Virus record (IMG/VR): IMGVR_UViG_3300042887_005798
DNA length: 64,000 nucleotides
Strand: one strand, 5' to 3'
DNA from: a virus
Lineage: Duplodnaviria > Heunggongvirae > Uroviricota > Caudoviricetes
Under the pieces are notes generated by a model that saw only the letters and a program-made list of their open reading frames with translations, was not told the origin of the DNA and ran no database searches. Shown here in pieces: positions 48,401 through 56,366 of this stretch (the first letter of the stretch is position 1; each line of letters opens with the position of its first letter). The position numbers and the translations under genes were made by a program.

Positions 48401-50392
48401 TCCTATCGAAGTAATAATACCAGTGGCACTTATGGAAGTCCACGCAATTCCATTTGAGGTAGAAGATAAAATTTGACCACTTAAACCAATTGAGTTATTT
48501 GAATCTCTTAACCAACCATCAATTTCTATATTATTAAGTGTTGTTAATCCAGTCACAAACAAACTAGACAAATTTCCAACAGATGTAATACCTGAGTAAG
48601 ATCCTGATACCACTGAACTAGGCACTGTTCCAGAGAATAAATTAGATGCATTGAGATTAGTTAGGTTTGAACCAAAACCAAAATAGCTGAAGGATGTTGT
48701 TAATCCAGTCACAAACAAACTAGACAAATTTCCAACAGATGTTATGCCTGAGTAAGAGCCTGATACCACTGAGCTAGGCACCGTACCAGAGAATAGATTG
48801 GATGCATTCAGATTAGTGAGGTTTGATCCAAATCCAAAATAGCTGAAGGATGTTGTTAATCCAGTCACAAATAAGTTAGATAGATTGCCAACAGATGTAA
48901 TGCCTGAATAAGAACCTGATACCACTGAACTAGGCACTGTTCCAGAGAACAGATTAGATGCATTCAGATTAGTAAGATTTGAACCAAATCCAAAATAGCT
49001 GAAGGATGTTGTTAATCCAGTAACAAACAAACTAGACAAATTACCAACAGATGTAATGCCTGAATAAGAACCTGATACCACTGAACTAGGCACTGTTCCA
49101 GAGAGCAGATTGGATGCATTTAGATTAGTTAGGTTTGAACCAAAACCAAAATAGCTGAAGGATGTTGTTAATCCAGTAACAAACAAACTAGACAAATTAC
49201 CAACAGATGTAATACCTGAGTAAGAACCTGAAATACGAGCGGAAGGCACTGTACCAGAAAACAGATTAGATGCATTTAGATTAGTAAGGTTTGAACCAAA
49301 TCCAAAATAGCTGAAGGATGTTGTTAATCCAGTCACAAACAAACTAGACAAATTACCAACAGATGTAATACCTGAATAAGATCCTGATACCACTGAGCTT
49401 GGCACTGTTCCAGAGAATAAATTAGATGCATTTAGATTAGTAAGGTTTGAACCAAAACCAAAATAGCTGAAGGATGTTGTTAATCCAGTAACAAACAAAC
49501 TAGACAAATTACCAACAGATGTAATACCTGAATAAGATCCTGATACCACTGAACTAGGCACTGTTCCAGAGAATAAATTAGATGCATTTAGATTAGTAAG
49601 ATTTGAACCAAAACCAAAATAAGCTAGAGATGTACTGAGACCAGTAACAAACAAGTTGGAAAGATTTCCGACAGATGTTATGCCTGAATAAGAACCTGAT
49701 ACCACTGAACTAGGCACTGTGCCAAAGAAAAGATTAGATGCATTCAGATTAGTAAGATTAGTACCTGGTCCAAAAAACCCAAGAGAAGTGGAGAAGCCTA
49801 AAACTGATACGCCCACTCCAAAAATAACTTGTGTACCATTATCAATAATTGAACTATTTCCTAAAGAATCTTCGTCTAAAAATTTCGCTAATCTATTTGT
49901 GATGCCACCTATAGCAGTAATAATTCCAGTATAGCTAATGCTTGTCCAGGCTACACCTGATGCGGTAGATGACAATATTTGTCCAAACGATCCACTTCTG
50001 TTGTTTATATCATATAAAGGACCTGATAAATATATACCAGCTAAAGTGGATACACCACTCACTGAAATTGTGTTTCCTACAATTTTTCCAGACAAAGGAA
50101 AAAATTGTATGTTAGGAAAACTTGATATACCAGTGAAACTGCCAACAAAATCTTGATATGGTCCAACAAATTTTCGTTGATTATTTAGTGTTCCTATACC
50201 ACCAATCAAAAGCACAGGCTCGGAATTTTGTTCCCAAGTGTATATAGTTGAACGTAGATCATTGATATTCGGAGCAAAAATATTTGTGCCTATCCCAGAC
50301 TCATACCAAATAAAATCGATTTGTGATATTGAGGAAGATAAAATTCCACCAATACCAGGAGTAATCAATATATTTTTATTAGTATTTGCCAT
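42482..50392 (-). CDS. Giant repeat-rich tail fibre protein (2636 aa)
   Basis: 52-aa tandem repeats, two long NxAxG beta-roll blocks, many GIGTxxP shaft motifs. Confidence 0.82.
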   Translation of the reverse strand: MANTNKNILITPGIGGILSSSISQIDFIWYESGIGTNIFAPNINDLRSTIYTWEQNSEPVLLIGGIGTLNNQRKFVGPYQDFVGSFTGISSFPNIQFFPLSGKIVGNTISVSGVSTLAGIYLSGPLYDINNRSGSFGQILSSTASGVAWTSISYTGIITAIGGITNRLAKFLDEDSLGNSSIIDNGTQVIFGVGVSVLGFSTSLGFFGPGTNLTNLNASNLFFGTVPSSVVSGSYSGITSVGNLSNLFVTGLSTSLAYFGFGSNLTNLNASNLFSGTVPSSVVSGSYSGITSVGNLSSLFVTGLTTSFSYFGFGSNLTNLNASNLFSGTVPSSVVSGSYSGITSVGNLSSLFVTGLTTSFSYFGFGSNLTNLNASNLFSGTVPSARISGSYSGITSVGNLSSLFVTGLTTSFSYFGFGSNLTNLNASNLLSGTVPSSVVSGSYSGITSVGNLSSLFVTGLTTSFSYFGFGSNLTNLNASNLFSGTVPSSVVSGSYSGITSVGNLSNLFVTGLTTSFSYFGFGSNLTNLNASNLFSGTVPSSVVSGSYSGITSVGNLSSLFVTGLTTSFSYFGFGSNLTNLNASNLFSGTVPSSVVSGSYSGITSVGNLSSLFVTGLTTLNNIEIDGWLRDSNNSIGLSGQILSSTSNGIAWTSISATGIITSIGGLTNRVSKFVDEDSLTNSNITDNGSVVDVNSVFSVSGISTFAKDIIVNFVNIGLGENQNISNTVFGNQALVNNTGIFNVAIGASVLNANTTGFSNVGLGFSALAFNLSGFANIGIGARALSGNVSGNNNIAIGQFSLRSNLTGGQNVAVGRLTLFQNISGNNNSAFGDLALRNWDVSSNQTGIGYQALQGNSTVTLNTGVFNVAIGNMAGMAVSSGSYNTFVGSQSGDQTTTGSNNTFLGGFTNGLISGDYQIAIGQSVVVSGSNQGAWGGTTNVTRTNLGIGTFNPLSRLHVETLAAGNMGLYIAGSASQTADLVEINATTNGQNYFTITGIGSVGIYTSLPSQQFQVNGNARVTGGIFDSNNFIGSANQLLSSTGSGIAWTSTAGAGIVTGAGVATRIAYFSGPNTLTSNSNFIIDSNGNFGISTSAPRNRLEVSSSARFSASVIFYGSTANEAFALTQLFDTTYFNTNNVLRFRQGGSTAGAIAFSFYDFLPNLFMTLDGSNAPRVGIGTTGPLQTLHVGGNTLISGLTTAFSYFGFGSNLTNLNASNLFSGTVPSSVVSGSYTGITSVGNLTNLNVIGISTVTNFRVLNGLYDSNNLVGLANSVLSSTGSGVLWVAPASGGPGGGTINGTIEANRIAFGAASNTITGISTFVYSNQGFIGINTSNPNANLDVQGTFLATGMSTFLNLNVLGRLYDRSVGSGNTGQILVSTNSGVAWTTIDAIFYQLADSQIAFGLGSDTIYGVSTFVYSGGNLGIGTSAPLQTLHVVGNALISGLTTSLAYFGFGSNLTNLNASNLFSGTVPSSVVSGSYAGITSVGNLSNLFVTGIATLVNAEIDGWLKDRSGSIGTLGQVLSSTGSGVAWSSVSSIGIITGSGTINTIAKFGASSSLINSNITDNGIAVTVNSRVFVNGIGSFLGDIFVNQMTVGLGSQQSTGNVAIGFQAFQTASPSASGNVAVGDRAMQTTSNAIFGNVAIGQLALAVNQANRNIAIGAQALSSNTSGTGNIAIGHQALSLSTVDLGNIAIGDRAMRFLTGGSGGNNIAIGGGANLTTAAETTFVGATAGNNYTTQGQHVAVGAYALVGVSTTAATGTQNTAIGYSVMTGITGGSANVGLGHFALNALTSGNSNTGLGYFALVSNTTGSFNVAVGREALRYYTTISNQTAVGYQALRGNSDTTLNTGTSNVAIGYQAGLANSSGFLNTYLGHQAGLANANGTHNTFIGATVGSASTSNHNTIIGAASYQANNLGEANIVVGSLSAQLNTSGSYNTVVGYNVFNSNTTGGNNAAFGFNALASNNTGGQNIAIGRFALRYYNQSNQVAIGDQALQGSSTVSLNTGTQNTAIGYQAGFANTSGSNNVFVGYQAGLANTSGTDNTFVGSTSGRVNDSGSNNTAVGSGSLPSNTSGTLNSAFGATALNSNSTGSQNSAFGYGALNATISGSNNSAFGFNALQNNILTSGNTGMGRDALRYYANSDNQTAVGFGALRGNGTVALNTGTQNTAMGYQAGIANTSGSNNVFVGYQAGLANTSGSNNTAVGNQSLANNSVGIQNVAVGSFALFYNLNGNYNIAIGQDTLRNYETQGLQIAIGYRALRGSDTRSSNTGFSNVAVGRETLSINTSGSNNTALGTLAGTVNNNGNQNTFVGAQSGDGNTSGSSNTYLGYLTDGAPSGNYQIAVGDSVTLTASNLGAWGGNTNSTRTDLGIGTFTPLARLHVETLAAGNMGLYIAGSVSQTGDLVEVNATANGQNYFTITGIGSVGIYTSLPAQALDVRGNQIVSGISTAFSFFGFGSNLTNLNASSLFSGTVPSSVVSGSYSGITSVGTLSQLSVSGFSTLKNFESSGQFNFYGTSNLDNQRVFTGASSSINQTTFVGMTSIAVPVGYQLTIEGKINGWFNESFNESGRFFAVFNNSIGIVSIIGQPDITSKFVGSSGNFDIQAQGPNVVIVTKSNASSNMWLWKTSYDYLLTQNV
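42905..46789 (-). repeat. Three dispersed partial copies of the 52-aa repeat
   Basis: Copies at about 46670-46789, 45911-46045 and 42905-43036 in the same ORF. Confidence 0.9.
48539..49774 (-). repeat. Eight tandem 156-bp (52-aa) coding repeats
   Basis: Unit FGFGSNLTNLNASNLFSGTVPSSVVSGSYSGITSVGNLSSLFVTGLTTSFSY; 156-nt period confirmed at 48678, 48834, 48990, 49146, 49302, 49458. Confidence 0.95.
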
Positions 50393-50748
50393 TAAAATAT
50401 TCCGTCAGTTATTACTTTTATATTTCCAGAAATAGCTACATTTGTTGATGTAGGATTGTCAATCACCTGAAATTTATATTTATACTCACCTACCTTTGCC
50501 AACACATAATTAATGTAATAAATGCCTGGTTCTTCTTCTTGAACTACTGGTGTGGCAGAGTAAACTGGTGTGCCATTAGCAAATGTAGAACTGGTAATAT
50601 CTGTATCATTTGACACAATCTGATTGTCAGGTGTTAAAATATACCAATATACCTCTCTTGAAGTAGATAAGCCAACTAAATTATTATTAGCATCAAGAAC
50701 TTCAAAAGAAATTTTAGCATTAGTGTTTCGATAAAATAAATTAGCCAC
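50392..50748 (-). CDS. Small Ig-like virion protein
   Basis: E.PGIYYINY..VGEYKYKFQ pattern; TAATG-coupled to fibre gene; GTG start. Confidence 0.5.
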   Translation of the reverse strand: MANLFYRNTNAKISFEVLDANNNLVGLSTSREVYWYILTPDNQIVSNDTDITSSTFANGTPVYSATPVVQEEEPGIYYINYVLAKVGEYKYKFQVIDNPTSTNVAISGNIKVITDGIF

Positions 50749-50771
50749 GTTATAATATTAAAGTTTTGGAG

Positions 50772-51053
50772 CTACAAACCTGGTTGAGGGTTTGTGTTTA
50801 CAGTTTTAGTTTTTTCTACTTTTGTTCTTAATTTTCTCACAATTACATTAGTTGTTATTGTTCCTTCTTCAGGTAAAATTGCCTCAACTTTAGAGCGAAT
50901 GAATTTAGCACTAACACCTGTGACCACGCTACCATTTTCAGGAATAACAGCAATAACGGCAGTGCGACCTTTGCGATAAGAGTATTCAATTTGTCCAGAT
51001 ATTACAAATATATCTGCAAATGTGCCACCTGCAAAAGTTAAATCGCCAAACAT
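50772..51053 (-). CDS. Small putative virion protein
   Basis: MFG..TFAG..FAD N-terminus typical of small tail-associated phage proteins; TAATG coupling. Confidence 0.45.
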   Translation of the reverse strand: MFGDLTFAGGTFADIFVISGQIEYSYRKGRTAVIAVIPENGSVVTGVSAKFIRSKVEAILPEEGTITTNVIVRKLRTKVEKTKTVNTNPQPGL

Positions 51054-51934
51054 TAAACCTCCAATTTGAAATCAATGTCTGTTCTTTTATCTATGATTAA
51101 GAAATCTATTTCTATTGGCTTGATTGTAGGAAATAATAAACTAAAAACCACTTTATTTTTTTCTTTCTTGTGTTTCACTGGTATAAAGGAATTACTTGAT
51201 ACACTAACAGTGTAAGAGTCAGATTGTGTTAGTGCTGTAAAATAATCGGGCAAAATTATAGAAGTTTTGTAATTTATTGATGCTGTGCCTCGAAGATAAA
51301 TCCCATATTCAGGTCCTTCTAAACAACCATGTTGAAGATGAACTTTTGGCTTTGTCGGATGCGGAATTTTGAAAGCTTTTGCAGTAGCTTGAAACACTCC
51401 ATCTAAATATAATTCAGGAACATTCCCTTGATAGTATTGAAATTTTGGATCAGCTTGAAAATTTGTGTTTGTAGCATTAAAAAACATCACTGATGAATCA
51501 ATTGATGTGCCAAGAGATGTAAAATTCTCAATTGGATCAATCAGCTCATATTGAGCCCCAGTCCATTTTATGAGCTTAAATGTAGCTGGGGCAGGCTGAG
51601 AGGAAACTAACACGGAAAGCTCAGCAGCATTCGTTATAATTACATCAGCGGAGCTTCCATTAAAGGCTATAAAGCTTGTGTCATTGTTTGAATTAGATAA
51701 CACTAAGTTTCTATTTAATACACCATAAGTAGTTCCAGAAGCAAGAGGCGTTATGTAATTGCCAATTCCCACTTCAAATTGAGATGTATTTACAATTGCA
51801 TAAGGGAAACTATCATTATTTAGGTCAGCATTAACAAATTGTTTATATGTTGCTACTGAAGCTCCTAAAGTTACAGATCCTGTACCTGAAGGGTTTGCTT
51901 TTTGTCTTACACGATCTCTGAAAATAAGTGACAT
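51053..51934 (-). CDS. Tail fibre-associated protein
   Basis: IFRDRVRQ..SGTG.VTL..FEVGIG N-domain; KAFKIPHP..LQHGCLEGPE.GIY.RG C-domain seen at phage fibre ends. Confidence 0.7.
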   Translation of the reverse strand: MSLIFRDRVRQKANPSGTGSVTLGASVATYKQFVNADLNNDSFPYAIVNTSQFEVGIGNYITPLASGTTYGVLNRNLVLSNSNNDTSFIAFNGSSADVIITNAAELSVLVSSQPAPATFKLIKWTGAQYELIDPIENFTSLGTSIDSSVMFFNATNTNFQADPKFQYYQGNVPELYLDGVFQATAKAFKIPHPTKPKVHLQHGCLEGPEYGIYLRGTASINYKTSIILPDYFTALTQSDSYTVSVSSNSFIPVKHKKEKNKVVFSLLFPTIKPIEIDFLIIDKRTDIDFKLEV

Positions 51935-51987
51935 TATAATTTATAATTCTTGAAGGCAAGCGGATTCCACTTGTTGAAATATTTAAA

Positions 51988-52233
51988 GTGTTTGATCAAG
52001 AAAGACAATATGGAGATTACAATAATGGTCAAAAAACCTGTGCATTATGCAACAATGGGCTTCCATTAAGAACTTATTGTGTATGTGATGGTTGTAAACA
52101 ATATTTCTGCTACAATCACAGACCCTTGTTTGTGAAAGAATGGTTTTGCCCACTTTGTGAAGAAAATTTCAAAAAATTTATTCAACCATTGAAAGAAGCA
52201 AATGTTGAAGAATTTTTCAAAAAACTAGGGTGA
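51988..52233 (+). CDS. Small Cys/His zinc-finger protein
   Basis: CALC..CVCDGC..FCYNH..CPLC. Confidence 0.65.
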   Translation: MFDQERQYGDYNNGQKTCALCNNGLPLRTYCVCDGCKQYFCYNHRPLFVKEWFCPLCEENFKKFIQPLKEANVEEFFKKLG

Positions 52234-52815
52234 TTATTTTTTAAACCAAGTAATGGAAATAATTCCAAACTGAGATAGTGCGCCTATTATAGAAAGAAAA
52301 ACACCCACTGTCCAGAAAAACATTTTGAATTTATCAATTGATTTTTTAAATTCAGCAATTAATACATTCTGGTTTTCCACTCTCACAGATAGATCTTCCA
52401 ATGCTTTCTTTACTCCATTGTTATCAGAACTTATGTGTTCTTTTACTTGCTCTGAATGCTTTGTAAGTTCTTCAATCATATCAAACAAAGTGGTGTTGCG
52501 CTCATTCATTTCTTCAATGAGTTCCTTCAATTGTTTTTCATAATCTTCTAAACTTGTTTTAATGACAACTAAATCTCTGTCAAGATCTTGAAAACTTGAA
52601 TTAGCTTGGAATGAAAAAGTGTTAAAATCAACTAGTAGTTTTTGAAATTTTTCATTTAAATTTTTGTAATCATCTAGTAAGTGATTGTTAGTGTCCCTAA
52701 TGGCAGCAGTTTGCTCAATAATTTTAACGAGAGCATTAGAAAACTCAACGTATGCTTGAGTTTGTGCAGAAATTCTTTCTGATAAAGTTGAAAAATCGTA
52801 GTTTCTTTCTTCCAT
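52234..52815 (-). CDS. Coiled-coil protein with C-terminal membrane anchor
   Basis: Heptad-rich body, hydrophobic FFWTVGVFLSIIGALSQFGII tail; start moved to 52815 (TAATG coupling). Confidence 0.6.
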   Translation of the reverse strand: MEERNYDFSTLSERISAQTQAYVEFSNALVKIIEQTAAIRDTNNHLLDDYKNLNEKFQKLLVDFNTFSFQANSSFQDLDRDLVVIKTSLEDYEKQLKELIEEMNERNTTLFDMIEELTKHSEQVKEHISSDNNGVKKALEDLSVRVENQNVLIAEFKKSIDKFKMFFWTVGVFLSIIGALSQFGIISITWFKK

Positions 52816-53093
52816 TAGAGTAGTGCCATTGCCTTTGTAAGTTTTTGTTGAGATTGTTTCAGGAGTTGTAAGTCGCAATTTTTAATTTCACATATTTTCA
52901 TATCATTATTAATGTCTTTTTCTTCTATATAGCAGCCAGCTTCTTTGCTTTTGTCTAAATAGTTTTGAGTGGTATAACCCTGGCTCAAAAATAATTCATT
53001 AACTAATTCTATTTTATTGTGATGTTTTAAAAATGCAGGCTTTTCAATTGAGTTAAGAATTGATTGCAACGTTGATTTCATTTCCTGGCTCAT
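52815..53093 (-). CDS. Hypothetical protein
   Basis: 92 aa ORF tiling between neighbours. Confidence 0.45.
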   Translation of the reverse strand: MSQEMKSTLQSILNSIEKPAFLKHHNKIELVNELFLSQGYTTQNYLDKSKEAGCYIEEKDINNDMKICEIKNCDLQLLKQSQQKLTKAMALL

Positions 53094-53769
53094 TTTTGCT
53101 CCCGAAGATCCTATTATAATATTCTATGAAAGCCTGCTCCGATTCCTCGTCAGCCATGCAAATAAAAATAGTTTTTAAATTTTTGAAATCATGTTTTTGA
53201 CAAATTGTGAAGATTGAGGACAGTTGTGACAAACTTGTCAAGGAAATATCGTGAGTGCCATTATCACAAGGCATAAACAATAATGATTGTAAGCCGATTT
53301 CATCTGCATATAAAATTGTTTTCTTCATTGCACTTGCAACATCAGCTTCGTTAACAAGTCTAGAAGCGCCAGCTATGACAGCATTAATAAAATGTTTTTG
53401 TTTGATTTTCCAATTAGAGGGAACAGGGAAACTATAAGGATATCCCATTTTAACAGGATTTTTGATAATATTATCGCATTTTGCCTGAGCTTGATTTAAG
53501 GTCATCTTATTTAAAAGAGGATCATCAATATGTAATAAATTATTGTTTGGATACACTAACCCATCAGCTTGCACAAGATAAACATTATTTACTTGTTTAA
53601 TAATAATTTTAATTTTAGTGTCTACTTTTATTTGTTTGATTTTTTCTTTAATAAAAAACGAACAAGCTTGTATATGGGATTTGCAGTCATGCTCAGCTTT
53701 AAACTCAGGAAGATTTGCTTGGGGCTTAAGTATACAAGCTTGATTATAAAATGGGCATTTTAATGACAC
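53053..53769 (-). CDS. Divergent macro domain protein with Cys-rich N-terminus
   Basis: ADGLVYPNN, HFINAV, A..IGLQSLLFMP..NG parallel macro-domain strands; TGTATAAT plus 7 nt before GTG. Confidence 0.55.
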   Translation of the reverse strand: MSLKCPFYNQACILKPQANLPEFKAEHDCKSHIQACSFFIKEKIKQIKVDTKIKIIIKQVNNVYLVQADGLVYPNNNLLHIDDPLLNKMTLNQAQAKCDNIIKNPVKMGYPYSFPVPSNWKIKQKHFINAVIAGASRLVNEADVASAMKKTILYADEIGLQSLLFMPCDNGTHDISLTSLSQLSSIFTICQKHDFKNLKTIFICMADEESEQAFIEYYNRIFGSKNEPGNEINVAINS

Positions 53770-53789
53770 AATCTAAATTATACAAAAAA

Positions 53790-54341
53790 TTACTTAGCTG
53801 GTATCGGAGGCACAGCTCTTGAAGGAGGAGTTGTAACTTTTGTTGAATTTTTTGAATTAGCTGGATTTGCTGGATCCAAATTTTTAGACTCTTTAGATTC
53901 TTGCCCAAAGATTTTAGATATTTTTTCTATACAATCATATGCTAAATCTTTATCTCCTTTAATAAATTGATCTAAGTTCATTCTTTGTTCATAAGATGTT
54001 TCCATTTCTTCTGCAGCTTCATAAGCAGCAGAATCAACATCTTTTCCAGATTGTGTTTTTTCGTAAATTAAATCTTTGTAATCTTTGGCTAAAAATGGAA
54101 GCAAATTTGGATCAGATTTTAATACTTCTAAACATTCTGGAATAAGGCTCGCATAATGATAAATAACATCTAAAGAAAACTTATCTGCAAAAGCTTCGGA
54201 GTAATCTTTTCCAATATCGGAAATATTAGCCTGATAAGCAATTTTTAAAAAACTTTTTGTGAGTTTGTCAGCAAGTACATAATTGCCTCGTGATTCATAA
54301 TACTCTATTTCTGAAAAAAAATTATTTGCTTGGTTTATCAT
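53790..54341 (-). CDS. Hypothetical protein with N-terminal G.Y..ADKL helical motif and Pro-rich tail
   Basis: YESRGNYVLADKLTKSFLKIAYQ. Confidence 0.55.
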   Translation of the reverse strand: MINQANNFFSEIEYYESRGNYVLADKLTKSFLKIAYQANISDIGKDYSEAFADKFSLDVIYHYASLIPECLEVLKSDPNLLPFLAKDYKDLIYEKTQSGKDVDSAAYEAAEEMETSYEQRMNLDQFIKGDKDLAYDCIEKISKIFGQESKESKNLDPANPANSKNSTKVTTPPSRAVPPIPAK

Positions 54342-54342
54342 T

Positions 54343-54624
54343 TTATTTTAAATTAAATTTTTTACTCCAATCATCTATAAATTTTCCATAAACTTGTTTT
54401 ATTTTTTCTTCAAGCATTGCAGCAAGCTGATCTGAACTAGCATTTGGATTGTTTTCTTTAATTCTTTGCGCAAATATCTCTATTTGCTCGATGTCAGGTG
54501 CTCTACTTGTGAAAAGCAAAATATCTTTTTTGGTCATAGGCGGTAATGGAAAATTACCAGTTCCTATGTTTATTGTTTCAGGTTGACCACTGTCAGTTTG
54601 TGATTTTTTGAAAATACCGCCCAT
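54343..54624 (-). CDS. Hypothetical protein
   Basis: 93 aa ORF. Confidence 0.5.
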   Translation of the reverse strand: MGGIFKKSQTDSGQPETINIGTGNFPLPPMTKKDILLFTSRAPDIEQIEIFAQRIKENNPNASSDQLAAMLEEKIKQVYGKFIDDWSKKFNLK

Positions 54625-54660
54625 TAATTATATATTATAGTCAATAAACTCAACATCCTT

Positions 54661-56100
54661 TTAGATGGTTAATGAATTTTGAAAAGACACAGGACTGCTG
54701 GCAACAAGAATTTTACTAGTTTGATAAGCGGCAGGGTTTGTTAAACACTCATCTGTGATAAGTACTGTGCCTTTTGACCCAGACACATTAATCAAAGACA
54801 ATAAATCAAAACTAGCGGCGCTAACAGCTTTTTTGACATATGAATCAAGAGCCCTGGTGCCAACAGCTGATTTGTAAGATTTTTCTACAGTTGCTTTGAT
54901 GAATTCTTCAGTGAATTCCAATTTATAACCAGATTTTTCAAAAATATACTTTTGTTTTTCTAACGGAGATACAGTGGACTCAACTAAAACTTTTGTTAAA
55001 TCTTCTTTGCTCAAGGGCTTAAGAGCAACTATCGATGGAATTCTTCCTACTAGTTCGGAAAGCATTCCAAATTCAATTAAAGACTCTACCATATCCTCAC
55101 GCGAAGCTTGTGAAAAAATTTCATATGACTTCATTGCTTCATCAATATCTTTACTTTTTTCATCATGTGTTTTGATAAATCCAACAGACCTTTCTTTCAT
55201 TCCCATCTTTTTGGCAAGAATTTCTGATAAGCCATTAAAGGCGCCACCTAAGAAGAACAACACTCTTTCCGAGCTGCAGTCATATGGCGCTCCAGGTCCA
55301 TCACCCAAGACTGTGCTTGGTACTTTAATAGTTTTGCCTTCTACTAGTTTCAATAGAGTGGATTGTGTTGATCCAATAAAAGATTCATACCTTCCAGAAG
55401 ATTTATTTGAACTACAAATTTTGTCAATTTCATCAATAAATGCAATCCCTCTCTCGGCTAAATCAAAATTCATATCTGCTTTAAACAAAAGATCATGTAT
55501 GATAGACTCTGCATCAGATCCTTGAAAACCAGTAGGGGAGTAATTTGTAGCATCTCCTACGGCAAATGGTAAATTGAAAAGATTTGCAACAGTATTTGCA
55601 ATTAAAGTTTTACCTGAACCTGACTTGCCAAGCATTAAAACATGATGCTTGTCAGATTGTGTAACTTGCTCCACATCTTGGTTTAGCAATTGTAAATGGT
55701 TGATTACAGAAACTGAAATAGTTTTTCTAGCCTCATCTTGACCAATTACTGTTTTACCTATTTCATCGAACAGTTGTTTGGGGCTAGAAATTTTTGTAGA
55801 TAATATAAAATTTTCTTTTTCCTTGAATTCTGGATCTTGCATTTTTGTCATAGGAATGAATTGCCTTAATGCAGATTTTAATTCATTTTTAGGGGTAGGG
55901 TCTGGTAAATCAGAGATAAAAGATATAAACTTTGAGTTCATTTCTATTTGACCAATATCAATGCCCATTTTGAATGGTCTTTCATGAGATTCACAGAAAA
56001 AGTGTTCTTGATTGTTAAAATAAAACACAAATGCGTTGGATGGATCTACAGGAGCTGCACAAATAGTACAATTTTCAGTTTTAGAGTCTTTTTTTCTCAT
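54661..56100 (-). CDS. clpX: ClpX-like AAA+ unfoldase
   Basis: VIGQDEARK..V.V.NH, GKSGSGKT, IAFIDEIDK, LLKL.EG, GGAF.GL, VGF loop, GRIP, GTRAL. Confidence 0.88.
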   Translation of the reverse strand: MRKKDSKTENCTICAAPVDPSNAFVFYFNNQEHFFCESHERPFKMGIDIGQIEMNSKFISFISDLPDPTPKNELKSALRQFIPMTKMQDPEFKEKENFILSTKISSPKQLFDEIGKTVIGQDEARKTISVSVINHLQLLNQDVEQVTQSDKHHVLMLGKSGSGKTLIANTVANLFNLPFAVGDATNYSPTGFQGSDAESIIHDLLFKADMNFDLAERGIAFIDEIDKICSSNKSSGRYESFIGSTQSTLLKLVEGKTIKVPSTVLGDGPGAPYDCSSERVLFFLGGAFNGLSEILAKKMGMKERSVGFIKTHDEKSKDIDEAMKSYEIFSQASREDMVESLIEFGMLSELVGRIPSIVALKPLSKEDLTKVLVESTVSPLEKQKYIFEKSGYKLEFTEEFIKATVEKSYKSAVGTRALDSYVKKAVSAASFDLLSLINVSGSKGTVLITDECLTNPAAYQTSKILVASSPVSFQNSLTI

Positions 56101-56162
56101 AATTTGTTTCTTATTTCAATATACGCAAGGCATTAAACTTTTATTAGCTTAAATATTAATTT

Positions 56163-56366
56163 GTGGGAAACGAAATGATACCTTTAAATAGAGGATACGG
56201 TGAATGGATTATTGAAATTTACAATCCAAACAAAATGCTGCCATCAATCAAAGGTTTTTTAATGATCACAAAAGATCACCACACAATCTTTGAAGATGCG
56301 AATTTTAAAATCACCTTATTAAATGTCCCATCTCAAAATGTAGCTTGGGTAAGAATGGTAAAATGA
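56163..56366 (+). CDS. Hypothetical protein
   Basis: 67 aa ORF at head of plus-strand cluster; start uncertain. Confidence 0.45.
   Translation: MGNEMIPLNRGYGEWIIEIYNPNKMLPSIKGFLMITKDHHTIFEDANFKITLLNVPSQNVAWVRMVK

Noticed and set aside
48678-49489. Six identical 32-nt repeats at regular spacing, resembling a CRISPR array
   Set aside because: The intervening 124-nt segments are homologous to each other, the whole array is in-frame coding sequence, and no cas genes are in the window
36639-50392. Diversity-generating retroelement TR/VR pair among fibre repeats
   Set aside because: No reverse transcriptase in the window; both copies of every repeat are coding; differences are mainly synonymous and not restricted to adenines
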